Shown: positions 38,075 to 48,320 of the stretch, piece after piece | How the letters are laid out: each line of letters starts with the position of its first letter | How positions within the stretch are numbered: position 1 is the first letter of the stretch | NCBI GenBank assembly: GCA_037142615.1 | Contig: JBAXAI010000023.1 | Coordinates: 1 to 61,725 of the forward strand | From: Spirochaetales bacterium | GTDB lineage: Bacteria; Spirochaetota; Spirochaetia; JABEVK01 | DNA: 61,725 bases | Reading direction: 5' to 3' | Position numbers and translations under genes: made by a program | The notes under the pieces: generated by a model | What the model was told of the DNA's origin: nothing | The model's database searches: none | Seen by the model: the letters and a program-made list of their open reading frames with translations, nothing else

Positions 38075-39625
38075 CTAGCGCCCGACCGATGTGGGGATCG
38101 GTAGCCGCACCACAAAACACGCTCCACCGTCGGCGGCTTCGGTCACTTCGACCTGGCCGCCGTGGGCTGCGACGATGCGGCCGACGATGCCTAGGCCCAG
38201 GCCGGTTCCCACGCCCCGTTCCTTCGTGGTGAAGAAAGGCGTGAAAATCTTCTCGCGGAGAGCCGCCGGCACCCCTGTCCCGGTGTCGCTGATGGCAACC
38301 CGCACCCACGAGCCAACCTTGTCGACGGCGACGGTAAGGACCCCCCTGTACTCCATGGCCTGAAGCGCGTTCTGGACGAGGTTGGTCCAGACTTGGATGA
38401 GCTCGTCGGCCTTGGCCAAAACCGGAGGTACGGGAGAGTAACGTCGCACGACCTCGACCGTGAGCTTATGGGCGGTGCTGTATAACATCAACACGGTGTC
38501 GAGGCCGTCTTCCACTTGGGCCAACAGAGGTTCCGCGTCCGGTACCTCTGACCTCGAGTACGAGACCAGCGCCTCGAGCAACCCGCGGATCCGTTCGTAC
38601 GCCACGGCGGCGTTTCGGTTGGCCCGCTCCAAAGTCAGCGTCTTGAGCAAGAACGACAGGGCATCCCGTCCGGCAGCATCGCGCAACAAGGGGTCGAAGC
38701 GGGGGTCCCAGTCGGACCAACCCAGCGCCACCAACTCCTCGGCAAGGACTTCCCCATCCTCCAAGCCGGCCGCCTGCATCTGAGCCAAAAGGACTTGCCG
38801 CTGGCTACGCAGACTGCGCGAGTCAGGGGCCGGGCGTGACGAGGCCCGTCCTTGCGCCAACAGTTCAAGGAAGGTCTGCACCTGATCGGCTTCGAGGGCT
38901 TGCCAGTACGCCGGTGCCAGGGGAAGTTGTTGATGCCACCAGTCTTGTGACGCTGAGAGCGAAGAACCGATAACACCGATGGGGGTACTGATCTCGTGGC
39001 TGATGTTGGCGGCGATTTCGCCCAACGAGGCCATCTTTTCGGACTGGAGCAAGGCTGCCTGTTCGGCGCGCGAGCGCTCCAACGACTCCTGGAAGAACCG
39101 CATCATCATGCGCATGACAAACGCCAGCAGGAGCAGGCAAAGGAAGAAGGTGGCGGCGACGTCGAGGAAGTTCAGGTCGCGGGTTGGGTAGGGCGTCACC
39201 AGTCCTGGATTCAGATAGTCGATGGCAAAACAGCCAAACATCAGCAGTGAACCGAGGATCAAATAGCGCAGGCTCGCCCGCGGGCTGTGTAGAATGGTGA
39301 TGAAGGTCAGCAACATCAGCACGGCGAACGCCGTCGGTCCGGCCAGGCCGCCGTTCACAAAGTAGTTGATGCAAAAGAAGATCAGGCCTGCGATGGCCGC
39401 GATATGGGCAACGTCCCTGTATTTACCCCGATGGCGCGTCAGCCAGTACAAAACGACGAACGCGCCTGTCAGGACGAGGTCGAACACCAAGTTCATCCAA
39501 CCCAGCCCCAACAGAGCGTCGCTGACGAAGAAATAGCTTCCCGCGATGAGCGCGACGAACACGACAAGGTTAAGAATCAGATGCCTGAGCGGCAGCGAAG
39601 AATCGCCGGCAATCCACCGGATCAT
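38075..39625 (-). CDS. Membrane-bound sensor histidine kinase (orphan)
   Basis: About 5-6 TM; [17 protein letters not shown]-box, [26 protein letters not shown]. Confidence 0.92.
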   Translation of the reverse strand: MIRWIAGDSSLPLRHLILNLVVFVALIAGSYFFVSDALLGLGWMNLVFDLVLTGAFVVLYWLTRHRGKYRDVAHIAAIAGLIFFCINYFVNGGLAGPTAFAVLMLLTFITILHSPRASLRYLILGSLLMFGCFAIDYLNPGLVTPYPTRDLNFLDVAATFFLCLLLLAFVMRMMMRFFQESLERSRAEQAALLQSEKMASLGEIAANISHEISTPIGVIGSSLSASQDWWHQQLPLAPAYWQALEADQVQTFLELLAQGRASSRPAPDSRSLRSQRQVLLAQMQAAGLEDGEVLAEELVALGWSDWDPRFDPLLRDAAGRDALSFLLKTLTLERANRNAAVAYERIRGLLEALVSYSRSEVPDAEPLLAQVEDGLDTVLMLYSTAHKLTVEVVRRYSPVPPVLAKADELIQVWTNLVQNALQAMEYRGVLTVAVDKVGSWVRVAISDTGTGVPAALREKIFTPFFTTKERGVGTGLGLGIVGRIVAAHGGQVEVTEAADGGACFVVRLPIPTSVGR

Positions 39626-39728
39626 GGGCAGTCCATAAGGGAATTGTCGCCGAAAGCCGTCAGGAAAGCTAGCTCCGTGTTGGCGATGGACTCCCTAGGC
39701 TTTTCTCTACCCAAGGAAGGTCTTCTTC

Positions 39729-39758
39729 TTGACACATGCCGCCGTTTGCCCTCACATT
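39729..39758 (+). promoter_or_regulatory. Putative promoter of the pot operon
   Basis: TTGACA 39729-39734, 18 bp, CACATT 39753-39758, ATG 39765. Confidence 0.5.
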
Positions 39759-39764
39759 TCCCTC

Positions 39765-40868
39765 ATGAAAGGTAGCGAGGTTCGCGTCGAAAACGCAGAC
39801 AAGAAGTTCGGGGATTTTCACGCGCTCAAGAACGTCAGCCTGACCATCGGCAAGGGCGAGTTCTTCTCACTCCTCGGACCTTCCGGCTGCGGAAAAACAA
39901 CGCTGCTGCGCATCATTGCGGGCTTCGAAGGCCTTTCGAGCGGGGCCGTCTATCTCGATGGAAAAGACGTTTTGCCGCTCCCGCCCAACGAGCGTCACGT
40001 CAATACCGTGTTCCAGAACTACGCGCTTTTTCCGCACCTCAGCGTGTTCGAAAACATCGCTTTTCCCTTGAGGCTCAAGAAGATGGACAAAGCGGCCATC
40101 CAAGAAAAGGTCACCCAGTACCTGCAATTGGTCCACCTGGTGGGGCAGGAAAACAAAAAGCCCAACCAACTGTCGGGTGGCCAAAAGCAGCGGGTAGCCA
40201 TCGCCCGGGCGTTGATCAACGAACCGTCGGTTCTCTTGCTCGACGAACCACTCTCGGCACTCGATGCCAAGTTGCGCCATCAACTGTTGCTCGACCTCGA
40301 CCTGATCCACGACCAGATTGGCATCACCTTCATCTACGTCACCCACGACCAGAGCGAGGCTCTTTCGGTCAGCGACCGCATTGCCGTCATGAGCGAGGGC
40401 CGCGTGCTGCAGATTGGCACCCCTTTTGAGATCTACGAGGCCCCGGCCGACTCCTTCGTGGCCAAGTTTATCGGCGAAACCAACATCCTCGACGGCCGCA
40501 TCACGGCCCATGAGGGCAACCTGTACACCATTGATACCGACGGCGTCGGTCCCATCCAAGTGACCAGCGATCGCGAGTTCGCGGTGGGGGCCCGCGTGCG
40601 CCACGCCATCCGACCCGAAAAAATCGACATCACCAAAGAGAAGCCGGCCGGTCTACCCGACGATTTCACGATATTGCACGGCAAAGTGGCCGAGTCGATC
40701 TACTCGGGGTTCCAGAGCCAGTTCTACGTCGAAACGGTCGGTAGCTTGCAGTTCAAGGTCTACCAGCAGCACGAGAGCTACATCGAACGGGGCCCTGCGA
40801 TCCGCTGGACCGACGAGGTGTACATCAATTGGGACGCTGACGACGGCTACATTGTGGAGCTGATATGA
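39765..40868 (+). CDS. potA: Spermidine/putrescine ABC transporter ATP-binding protein
   Basis: GPSGCGKTT, NTVFQNYALFPH, LSGGQKQR, LLLDEPLSALD. Confidence 0.92.
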   Translation: MKGSEVRVENADKKFGDFHALKNVSLTIGKGEFFSLLGPSGCGKTTLLRIIAGFEGLSSGAVYLDGKDVLPLPPNERHVNTVFQNYALFPHLSVFENIAFPLRLKKMDKAAIQEKVTQYLQLVHLVGQENKKPNQLSGGQKQRVAIARALINEPSVLLLDEPLSALDAKLRHQLLLDLDLIHDQIGITFIYVTHDQSEALSVSDRIAVMSEGRVLQIGTPFEIYEAPADSFVAKFIGETNILDGRITAHEGNLYTIDTDGVGPIQVTSDREFAVGARVRHAIRPEKIDITKEKPAGLPDDFTILHGKVAESIYSGFQSQFYVETVGSLQFKVYQQHESYIERGPAIRWTDEVYINWDADDGYIVELI

Positions 40869-41746
40869 AGAGCCGGTCGGGCACGCTGTATTCCCTTCCC
40901 CTGACCGTGTGGATCAGCCTGTTCTTCCTGGTGCCGATGGCCATCGTCCTGCTCTACAGCTTCCTGGCCCGCGAGACTGGCGGCGGCGTGAGGTGGGTGT
41001 TTGACCTCGGTGCCTACGCCGAAATCTTCAAACAGACCGCCGACGGCCGTTTCATCTACCTCGACATCGTTTGGTACACGCTGCTGATGGCCGTCGGTGC
41101 CACGCTCCTCACCATCCTCATCGCACTTCCCTGCGCCTACTACATCGCTCGGGCCAAAAACAACACTCTGCTGCTTTTCTTGGTCATCATCCCGTTCTGG
41201 GTCAATTTCATGATCCGGATTTATGCCTGGGTGGCCATTCTTGGTCAGTCGGGCATCCTCAATGAGTCGCTTCTCGCCCTGGGAATCCTGAAGGACCCCA
41301 TCCAGTTCCTGTTCAACGACACGGCGGTCCTCGTCGTGCTGGTGTACACCAATCTGCCGTTCGCCATCTTGCCCCTGTTCACCACCATCGAGAAGTTTGA
41401 CTTCGGGCTGCTTGAGGCGGCCCGCGACCTGGGTGCCAGCCACACGCGCTCGCTGTGGTCGGTTTTGCTGCCGAACATCCGGGGTGGCATTATCACGGCG
41501 GTCTTGTTCACCTTCATACCGATTTTTGGCACCTTTGCCGTTCCCGACGTCATGGGCAATTCCAACGTGTTCATGCTAGGCCAGCTCATCACGAGCAAGC
41601 TCAAGTTCACCGGCGACTACCCGATGGCTTCGTCGCTGTCGGTGCTCATCCTCATCCTGTCGGGCGTTGGCCTGGTGGTGTATACGCTGTACAACAACAA
41701 TCAGGCCAAACAGCGCCACGTCGTGATCGAGGAGGATACGCTGTGA
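40865..41746 (+). CDS. potB: Spermidine/putrescine ABC permease
   Basis: IIPFWVNFMIRIYAW, LLEAARDLGA EAA loop. Confidence 0.9.
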   Translation: MKSRSGTLYSLPLTVWISLFFLVPMAIVLLYSFLARETGGGVRWVFDLGAYAEIFKQTADGRFIYLDIVWYTLLMAVGATLLTILIALPCAYYIARAKNNTLLLFLVIIPFWVNFMIRIYAWVAILGQSGILNESLLALGILKDPIQFLFNDTAVLVVLVYTNLPFAILPLFTTIEKFDFGLLEAARDLGASHTRSLWSVLLPNIRGGIITAVLFTFIPIFGTFAVPDVMGNSNVFMLGQLITSKLKFTGDYPMASSLSVLILILSGVGLVVYTLYNNNQAKQRHVVIEEDTL

Positions 41747-42519
41747 CCAAACCGACGCTGTCGCGTACCATCTTCTGGACCACCATCGCCTTCCTGTTCC
41801 TGCCGCTGGTCGTCCTGATGGTCTTCTCGTTCAACGAGGGCCGCACCATGGTTTGGAAGGGCTTTTCGCTGAAGTGGTACGAGAGTCTGTTTGGCAACCA
41901 ACCTCGCTTGTGGGCTGCGGTGGTCAACACGCTGATTGTGGCCTTCACCGCTTCGACGGTCGCTACGCTCATCGGCACCTTGGGTGCCATCGCTATCAAC
42001 TGGTACCGGTTCAAGGCCAAGAGTTACGTCCAGGCCTTGAGTTTCTTGCCGCTCATCTTGCCCGAGATCATCATCGGCGTGTCCTTGCTCGTCTTCTTTC
42101 GAATGCTGGGAATGGAACTCAATCTGTTCACGATCATTCTGGCGCACATTTCGTTCACCATCCCGTTTGTTCTGCTCATGGTGATGGCCCGTCTGGGCGA
42201 GTTTGACTATTCCATCATCGAGGCCGCGCGCGATCTGGGTGCCAACGAGAACCAAACCCTGCTCAAGGTCATTCTGCCGATTTCGGTACCAGGGATTCTC
42301 GCGGGCTTCATCACGGCGTTTACCCTTTCGCTGGAAGACTTCGTTGTCACCTTCTTTGTCACGGGTTCGGGTTCTGACACCCTGCCCATCTACATTTACA
42401 ATCAGATCAAACGCAAGCTCCCGCCCGAAATCAACGCCTTTTCGGTGGTGCTGATCGGCGCTACCGTGTTCCTCCTGTTCTTCGCGCGGCGTTCCATCAA
42501 GTACTTTGTCAAAACCTAA
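41743..42519 (+). CDS. potC: Spermidine/putrescine ABC permease
   Basis: WKGFSLKWY, PEIIIGVSLL, EAARDLGA, FTLSLEDF; GTG overlaps the potB stop. Confidence 0.9.
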   Translation: MTKPTLSRTIFWTTIAFLFLPLVVLMVFSFNEGRTMVWKGFSLKWYESLFGNQPRLWAAVVNTLIVAFTASTVATLIGTLGAIAINWYRFKAKSYVQALSFLPLILPEIIIGVSLLVFFRMLGMELNLFTIILAHISFTIPFVLLMVMARLGEFDYSIIEAARDLGANENQTLLKVILPISVPGILAGFITAFTLSLEDFVVTFFVTGSGSDTLPIYIYNQIKRKLPPEINAFSVVLIGATVFLLFFARRSIKYFVKT

Positions 42520-42574
42520 AGAGTCTCAGCCCGGCGTTGCCGGTCACAACCACGTTTCCCGAGGTAGATATCTG

Positions 42575-43618
42575 ATGAAACAACTCATATTCCCCGTGGT
42601 CGGCTTGTTGCTGACCGCATTGCTCCTACTCTCCGGTTGCAGCACCAAGGCAGCCTCGAAAGACCTGTCGGTGTTCAATTGGCAGGACTACATCCCCGAG
42701 TCGGTCCTCAAGGACTTCCAAACCCAGACGGGCATCAATTTGGTGTACGACACCTACGGCAGCAACGAAGACATGTACGCCAAGCTGCTCGGCGGCGCCA
42801 GCTACGACGTCGTGTTCCCGTCGACCGACTACGTGCCCCGCATGATCCAGAAAGACATGCTGCTCAAGCTCGACACGACCAAGATCCCCGAGCTCGCCAA
42901 CTTGGAACCCAACCTGGCCAAGAAGAACAGCTGGGACCCCCAGAACGACTACAGCGTGCCTTACAACATCGGCGCTTCGGGCATCGTGTACTGGAAGGAC
43001 AAAGTGAAAGTCGACGACACCACCGCGTCGTGGGCGCTGCTGGCCGACAAGGCCTACGCCAACCGCATCATGCTCATGGACGACCCCCGCGAAATCCTCG
43101 CGGCCGGCCTGAAGTTCAACGGCTTCTCGGCAAACTCGACGAGCGCCGACGAGATCACCAAAGCCAAGACAACCGTCATTGGCTGGAAGAAGAACATCGT
43201 CAAGTTCGACAACGACCTGATCAAGTCGGCCTTTGCCAAAAAGGAGATCTGGGTGGCCCTGAACTACCCCGAAAACCAGTTCGCCGAGTTGGAAGACGCC
43301 GACAAGGACAACGTTGGCCTGTTCTTCCCCAAGGAAGGCGGGTTTATGTTCATCGACGTGATGTCGGTGCTGAAGAACGCCAAGAACGTGGATAACGCGT
43401 ACACGTTCATCAACTTCATCCTGAAGCCCGAGAATCTCGCCAAGATCTACGACGAGTTTGGTTATCCCGGCAGCATGTACCCCAAGACTGCGGCGCTGCG
43501 GGCCATCCCGGCCCGTTACGACGTGGCTAAGCTTTCGGCCAGCGATGTTCGAGGCGACGTGGGCGAGAACCTCAAACTGTATGAGTCGGCCTACGACGAA
43601 ATCAAGGTCAGCAAGTAG
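42575..43618 (+). CDS. potD: Spermidine/putrescine ABC substrate-binding lipoprotein
   Basis: Lipobox LSGC, FNWQDYIP, SNEDMYAKL, YDVVFPS, PKEG. Confidence 0.9.
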   Translation: MKQLIFPVVGLLLTALLLLSGCSTKAASKDLSVFNWQDYIPESVLKDFQTQTGINLVYDTYGSNEDMYAKLLGGASYDVVFPSTDYVPRMIQKDMLLKLDTTKIPELANLEPNLAKKNSWDPQNDYSVPYNIGASGIVYWKDKVKVDDTTASWALLADKAYANRIMLMDDPREILAAGLKFNGFSANSTSADEITKAKTTVIGWKKNIVKFDNDLIKSAFAKKEIWVALNYPENQFAELEDADKDNVGLFFPKEGGFMFIDVMSVLKNAKNVDNAYTFINFILKPENLAKIYDEFGYPGSMYPKTAALRAIPARYDVAKLSASDVRGDVGENLKLYESAYDEIKVSK

Positions 43619-43640
43619 CCCGACCGCATTGCCAAGGCAG

Positions 43641-43666
43641 ACCGCCCCACGGGGCGGTTTTTTTTT
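43641..43666 (+). terminator. Rho-independent terminator of the pot operon
   Basis: ACCGCCCC-ac-GGGGCGGT followed by a T run. Confidence 0.88.
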
Positions 43667-43692
43667 GCCCTCGAAGATGCTAGGGTGATCGG

Positions 43693-44409
43693 ATGCAAAT
43701 CCTCGTGCGCCTGGGGTCCTCGCGAGTCAGTGTCGCCCTTCTTGGTATTCTGTTTCTGGTGGTGCTCGCCGGCACACTGGGCCAAGCAGTCTGGGGCGCC
43801 GCCACCGTGCAAACCACGGTCTTTTCTCAGGTTTTCTTCTGGGTGCAGGGCATTCCGTTACCCGGTTTACCGTTCTGGCTGGGCCTCACGGCCGTCAATC
43901 TCACTTTGGGGGCCTTTCAGAATCTGGAACGCAAGTGGACCTCGGCCGGGCTTTGGCTCACGCATACGGCGCTCATCCTGTTCTGTGTGGCGGGGTTTGG
44001 CTTCGCTTTCGTGCAGGAAGAGCTGGTGCTCGGGCTGCCGGTGGGCGCCTCAGCGAACGAGGCCTTTTTGCGTGGCGCGGCCGGCGAGGTGACCAGACCG
44101 CTGCCTTTCACCTTGACGGTGGAGGCCTTCACCATCCCTCGCTATGAAGGGAGCCAAGAGCCGTCGGACTACATCAGCGACGTTCGCCTGACGGCGGAAG
44201 GCGTCGATCACCGGGCCCGCATTCAAATGAACCAACCGCTGCGGTTTGGTGGCCTGACCATCTACCAAAGCTCGGTGCAAACGGTGAAGGGGCAGACGGC
44301 CCCGGTGTACAAGATCACGAGCAACGCCTGGGGCTTTTTGCCGTATCTCTTGTCTGGATTGCTCTTTGCCGGGCTGGGCCTCCATCTGGTCCTGCGAGGT
44401 CGACGTTGA
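43693..44409 (+). CDS. resB: Cytochrome c biogenesis protein ResB/CcsB-like
   Basis: 3 N-terminal TM with GLWLTH, LPFTL..F....Y.GS..PSDYISDV, IQMNQPLRFGGLTIYQSS. Confidence 0.8.
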   Translation: MQILVRLGSSRVSVALLGILFLVVLAGTLGQAVWGAATVQTTVFSQVFFWVQGIPLPGLPFWLGLTAVNLTLGAFQNLERKWTSAGLWLTHTALILFCVAGFGFAFVQEELVLGLPVGASANEAFLRGAAGEVTRPLPFTLTVEAFTIPRYEGSQEPSDYISDVRLTAEGVDHRARIQMNQPLRFGGLTIYQSSVQTVKGQTAPVYKITSNAWGFLPYLLSGLLFAGLGLHLVLRGRR

Positions 44410-45998
44410 GGCGCCTCTTCGCGCTCGGTGCTCTGCTGTGGGCGGCGGCGCTCGGCTCTGCGCAGTCGTCACCGGTTGCAGTTCCGGATGCATCTTCTGC
44501 GCCCGAAGCTTGGGTGACTTCGGGGCGGGGGTTGCCGGTGCTCGCTGAGGGTCGCATCTTGCCGCTGGAAAGCTGGGCGAGGGTTGTGGTGTTCCGCCTG
44601 ACAGGTAAGGATTCCGACCCGGGAGCGACCCGTTGGCTGCTGTCGCGCCTGGCCGGTTTTGAGGTGGCAGCAACCGCGCCTTCGATTTTGGTGAACGACG
44701 CCAACGTCCTCGTCGCCGAAGGTCTCGCCTTCACCGATCGGCGCTTGTACTCGGTCGCTGAGCTGAAACCCTTGTTGACGCCGACGGCCCTCGTGGCGCT
44801 CGAACACCGCTACGCCAACGATACGACGCCGCTGGGCAAAGAAGGCCTCAGGCTTGCTCGGGCCCTGCGAACCTGGACCGCCCTCAACGACCCGGCTCAA
44901 CCCCTCTTGCGACTGTTTCACTTGCGGTCCGACGCCCTCACCCCGGCGCAACTTGCCAACCTGTCCACCCGGACCGACGACGACACCACCAATCTGGGCC
45001 TGTTCGTGTACTGGCAAAACCAAAGTCAGCAAGGGAACTGGGCCGAAGCCGCGCAAACGCTCGAACTGTTGGCTCAGCGCTCCTCGGCAGAACTCGGCGT
45101 GGCCAACCCCATCCAGTTGGAACTGCTGCACAACGCGGTGCCCTGGTCGCTCTTGTTGGCGTTACTGGCTTTTTCGGGCGTGGGATCACGCTGGCTCAGC
45201 CCGTCCCGGAGGCTCTTCGCCCTCAAAAGCTTGTCGGTCGCCGCGCTCGCCGTCCTGTCGGTTTGGCTTGTGCTTCGCATGCTGTTGACCGGGCGACCAC
45301 CCGTGACAAACCTACCCGGAACTTTCCTGTTCGTCGGCTGGCTGAGCCTGGTGCTCGCCGTCGTCCTCGCCTTCCGGAATGGACCCGCACTCTTGGCCTT
45401 GGTTGCAGGTGCCGTGGTGCCGTTCTTTTCAGGCCTCTTTGAAGGCGCGGGAGACCCTTTCCCGCCCCTACAGGCCGTTCTGAACACCAATTTTTGGCTG
45501 TCAATCCATGTGACGATGATTTCGGGTGGCTATGCCGCCGTTCTTTTGTCGGCGCTGCTGGGCCACGCCTACCTGTGGACTTCGACCAAGAAGGGGCCCG
45601 GCAATCTTCTGCCGCTGTGGAAAGCCCTGAAGGCTTCGTTGGTTTGGGGCTTGGCGTTGACCTTCGTGGGAACCCTGCTGGGAGGCTTCTGGGCCGACCA
45701 AAGCTGGGGCCGCTTTTGGGGTTGGGACCCAAAAGAGAACGGGGCCCTGCTCATCATCCTGTGGACGGCACTCGTGTTGCATTTGCGCCCTGCCCGCTGG
45801 GCCCAGGAATGGGGGACCGCGTTCGCCGCCTCTGCGGGGCTGCCGGTGCTTCTCTTCAGTTGGTTGGGTGTCAATCTGCTCGGTCAGGGCTTCCACTCTT
45901 ACGGCTCGGCCAATGGGCGTGCCACGGTCTTCTTCGCTCTGCTCGCCCTGGACTTCGCGATTCTGGCCCTTCTGATCGTCCGCAGGGTGCTCCGGTGA
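44406..45998 (+). CDS. ccsA: Cytochrome c biogenesis protein CcsA (system II)
   Basis: LQAVLNTNFWLSIHV, GGFWADQSWGRFWGWDPKENGAL (WWD domain), GFHSYG. Confidence 0.9.
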   Translation: MRRLFALGALLWAAALGSAQSSPVAVPDASSAPEAWVTSGRGLPVLAEGRILPLESWARVVVFRLTGKDSDPGATRWLLSRLAGFEVAATAPSILVNDANVLVAEGLAFTDRRLYSVAELKPLLTPTALVALEHRYANDTTPLGKEGLRLARALRTWTALNDPAQPLLRLFHLRSDALTPAQLANLSTRTDDDTTNLGLFVYWQNQSQQGNWAEAAQTLELLAQRSSAELGVANPIQLELLHNAVPWSLLLALLAFSGVGSRWLSPSRRLFALKSLSVAALAVLSVWLVLRMLLTGRPPVTNLPGTFLFVGWLSLVLAVVLAFRNGPALLALVAGAVVPFFSGLFEGAGDPFPPLQAVLNTNFWLSIHVTMISGGYAAVLLSALLGHAYLWTSTKKGPGNLLPLWKALKASLVWGLALTFVGTLLGGFWADQSWGRFWGWDPKENGALLIILWTALVLHLRPARWAQEWGTAFAASAGLPVLLFSWLGVNLLGQGFHSYGSANGRATVFFALLALDFAILALLIVRRVLR

Positions 45999-46900
45999 AC
46001 CGAGGCCGTTGGAAGGCCTGGGTGGCGCTGGCGGTGCCGATCCTGGCTTGGGGCCTATCGTTTCCATCGATCAAGGCCGCCCTCACCGAGTTTCCGCCCA
46101 TGACGTTGGCCTTGGGGCGTTTTGTTCTCGCCTCTGCGTTTCTGGGTTTGGTCAATCTTGCACGACGGAAGGCCGAGCTGCGGACAAAGTGGACCAACCG
46201 CGACAAAGGCGCCTTGCTGCTCAGCGTCCTGACCGGGATCACGGCCTACTTCCTGTGCGAGAACCATGGCGTCAAACTCATCCCGGCGACGGCGGCGAGT
46301 CTTATCATTGCGGGTATCCCCATTCTCACTTTGATCGCTGAACGTTTGGTTCACGGCACTCGGTTGGGCCTGCTGGGCATCGCCGCAGCGGTGGTTTCGT
46401 TGGCCGGCGTCGGCCTGCTGTCGGGGGTGTCGGGGAGCGAGGACTCCGGGAACGTGTGGGGGTACGTGCTAATGCTGGGGGCAGCCGGGTCTTGGGTGCT
46501 CTACTTGTTCGCGATGAAGCCGTTGCAAAACGGACATTCGAACCTGCAGGTGACTTTTTGGCAAATGACTGTGGGAGCGCTGAGTCTCGTGCCGTTCGCG
46601 TTGGCAGAGCTTCCGGACTGGCGTTGGCCCTCGGTGGCGGGTTGGTCGCACCTGGCGTTTCAGGGCCTGGTCTGTTCCGCTTCCAGCTACCTTTTGTACA
46701 ACTACGCCCTCAACAAGCTCGGGCGCGGGGCGGCCTCGCTCGCGGTCAACCTGATCCCTGTGGTCACCGCAGCCGCAGCCTACGTGCTGCTCGGCGAACT
46801 CCTGGGTCCGTGGCAGTGGGCTGGTGGCGCGTTGGTGCTGGTGGCCGTCCTCGCAGTAGGAATCAAAGACACGCTGAGCTCAAGACCCGACAGCCTGTAA
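45995..46900 (+). CDS. EamA/DMT family transporter
   Basis: WGLSFPSIK, two EamA repeats, NLIPV..LLGE. Confidence 0.9.
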   Translation: MNRGRWKAWVALAVPILAWGLSFPSIKAALTEFPPMTLALGRFVLASAFLGLVNLARRKAELRTKWTNRDKGALLLSVLTGITAYFLCENHGVKLIPATAASLIIAGIPILTLIAERLVHGTRLGLLGIAAAVVSLAGVGLLSGVSGSEDSGNVWGYVLMLGAAGSWVLYLFAMKPLQNGHSNLQVTFWQMTVGALSLVPFALAELPDWRWPSVAGWSHLAFQGLVCSASSYLLYNYALNKLGRGAASLAVNLIPVVTAAAAYVLLGELLGPWQWAGGALVLVAVLAVGIKDTLSSRPDSL

Positions 46901-46907
46901 AACCGAC

Positions 46908-46938
46908 AAAAAAGCCAGTCCCTCGCCGGACTGGCTTT
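46908..46938 (-). terminator. Intrinsic terminator (probably bidirectional) between the DMT gene and fba
   Basis: AAAGCCAGTCC-ctcgcc-GGACTGGCTTT 11-bp stem; the A6 run gives a U-tail on the minus strand. Confidence 0.85.
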
Positions 46939-46961
46939 GAAAGTGCGCTTTACCGAAAAGA

Positions 46962-47957
46962 CTAGGCCCGGCCGGCGCTGCCCAGAACGTTCTGATTCTT
47001 GTGCGCGTACAGGCCCTTGAGTGAGTCGCGGGCCGGCCCGAGGTACTTGCGGGGGTCAAACTCGCTGGGGTTTTCGGCAAACACCTTGCGGATGGCAGCG
47101 GTCATGGCGATGCGACCATCGGAGTCGATGTTGATCTTGCACACGGCGCTCTTGGCGGCCTTGCGGAGCTGCTCTTCGGGGATGCCCACGGGATCCTTCA
47201 GTTTGCCTCCGAACTTCTCGAGGATGCGCACATGTTCGATGGGCACCGAGCTCGAGCCGTGAAGTACAATCGGGAAGCCGGGAAGCTGCTTTTCAATCTG
47301 TTCGAGGATGTCAAAGCGCAAAGTGGGAGGAATCAGCACGCCATCGGCGTTGACGGTACACTGCTCGCGCTTGAACTTGACGGCGCCGTGGCTGGTGCCG
47401 ATCGAAATGGCCAGCGAGTCGACGCCGGTCCGCTTGACGAAGTCGATGACTTCTTCAGGCTTGGTGTAGCTGGAATGTTCGGCCACGACATCGTCTTCGA
47501 TACCGGCCAAAACGCCGAGTTCACCCTCGACAGTGACGTCGTGCGAGTGAGCGTAATCCACAACCGACTTGGTCAGTTTGATGTTTTCTTCGTAAGGAAG
47601 GTGCGAACCGTCGATCATGACCGACGAGAAGCCGCTCTCGACGCAGCTCTTTACCAGTTCCAGGCTGTCGCCATGGTCGAGGTGCAGAACGATGGGAATG
47701 GAGTAGCCGAGTTCCTTGGCGTAGGCGACGGCTCCCTGAGCCATGTAACGGAGCAGCGTCGCGTTGGCGTACTTGCGGGCTCCGGCCGACACCTGCAGGA
47801 TGACGGGCGATTTGGTTTCGACACAGGCCTGAATAATGGCCTGCATTTGTTCCATGTTGTTGAAGTTGTAGGCGGGGATCGCGTACCCACCTTTCACAGC
47901 CTTGGCGAACAACTCTTTGGTGTTCACCAGGCCCAATTCCTTGTAAGAAGTAGCCAT
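46962..47957 (-). CDS. fba: Class II fructose-1,6-bisphosphate aldolase
   Basis: PAYNFNNME, LHLDHG, SSVMIDGS, VEGELG, IGTSHG, VLHGSS, KINIDSD, FDPRKYL. Confidence 0.96.
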   Translation of the reverse strand: MATSYKELGLVNTKELFAKAVKGGYAIPAYNFNNMEQMQAIIQACVETKSPVILQVSAGARKYANATLLRYMAQGAVAYAKELGYSIPIVLHLDHGDSLELVKSCVESGFSSVMIDGSHLPYEENIKLTKSVVDYAHSHDVTVEGELGVLAGIEDDVVAEHSSYTKPEEVIDFVKRTGVDSLAISIGTSHGAVKFKREQCTVNADGVLIPPTLRFDILEQIEKQLPGFPIVLHGSSSVPIEHVRILEKFGGKLKDPVGIPEEQLRKAAKSAVCKINIDSDGRIAMTAAIRKVFAENPSEFDPRKYLGPARDSLKGLYAHKNQNVLGSAGRA

Positions 47958-48051
47958 AGCGGGTCTCCTCGTTTCCTTGGGTTATCTGGGAACCATTGAA
48001 TAGGAATGGGGGGTCTGAGTCAAGGTCGCTGGGAGGAGGAACTTTCCCGGG

Positions 48052-48304
48052 TTGTCCCCAAGTTATCCACAATTCTTTAGCAAACCAGACCTAGAGAAAA
48101 TGGAGTTGTTGCAAACTCAATTGGGGTGTGGATCTACTTTTGACACCCCTTTTCCACCCAATAGCCCCCTCCTTCGACGGGGTTCGTGTGGGTTTGGTCA
48201 GAAATTCGTGTGAGAACTCATCGAATCGACCAAATATGACAACCTGACAAAGGGATTTTTCGTGTGCTGACGACGGCAGACTTTTTCCCCACAAGTTATC
48301 CACA
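48052..48304 (+). promoter_or_regulatory. Intergenic DnaA-box cluster
   Basis: Perfect TTATCCACA at 48063-48071 and 48296-48304, each preceded 11 bp upstream by a degenerate box (TTGTCCCCA 48052, TTCCCCACA 48285); weaker boxes at 48127 (TGTGGATCT) and 48150 (TTTTCCACC). Confidence 0.75.
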
Positions 48305-48320
48305 GGGGGCTGGGGTCCAA

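Noticed and set aside
38071-38078. CTAGCTAG palindrome at abutting convergent stops (also 53164-53171)
   Set aside because: It arises automatically from two adjacent TAG stops on opposite strands; no evidence of an insertion target or element.
48091-48303. 70-aa minus-strand ORF within the fba-DUF4954 gap
   Set aside because: No RBS or motif, atypical composition, and it starts inside a DnaA box; the region is better explained as non-coding.
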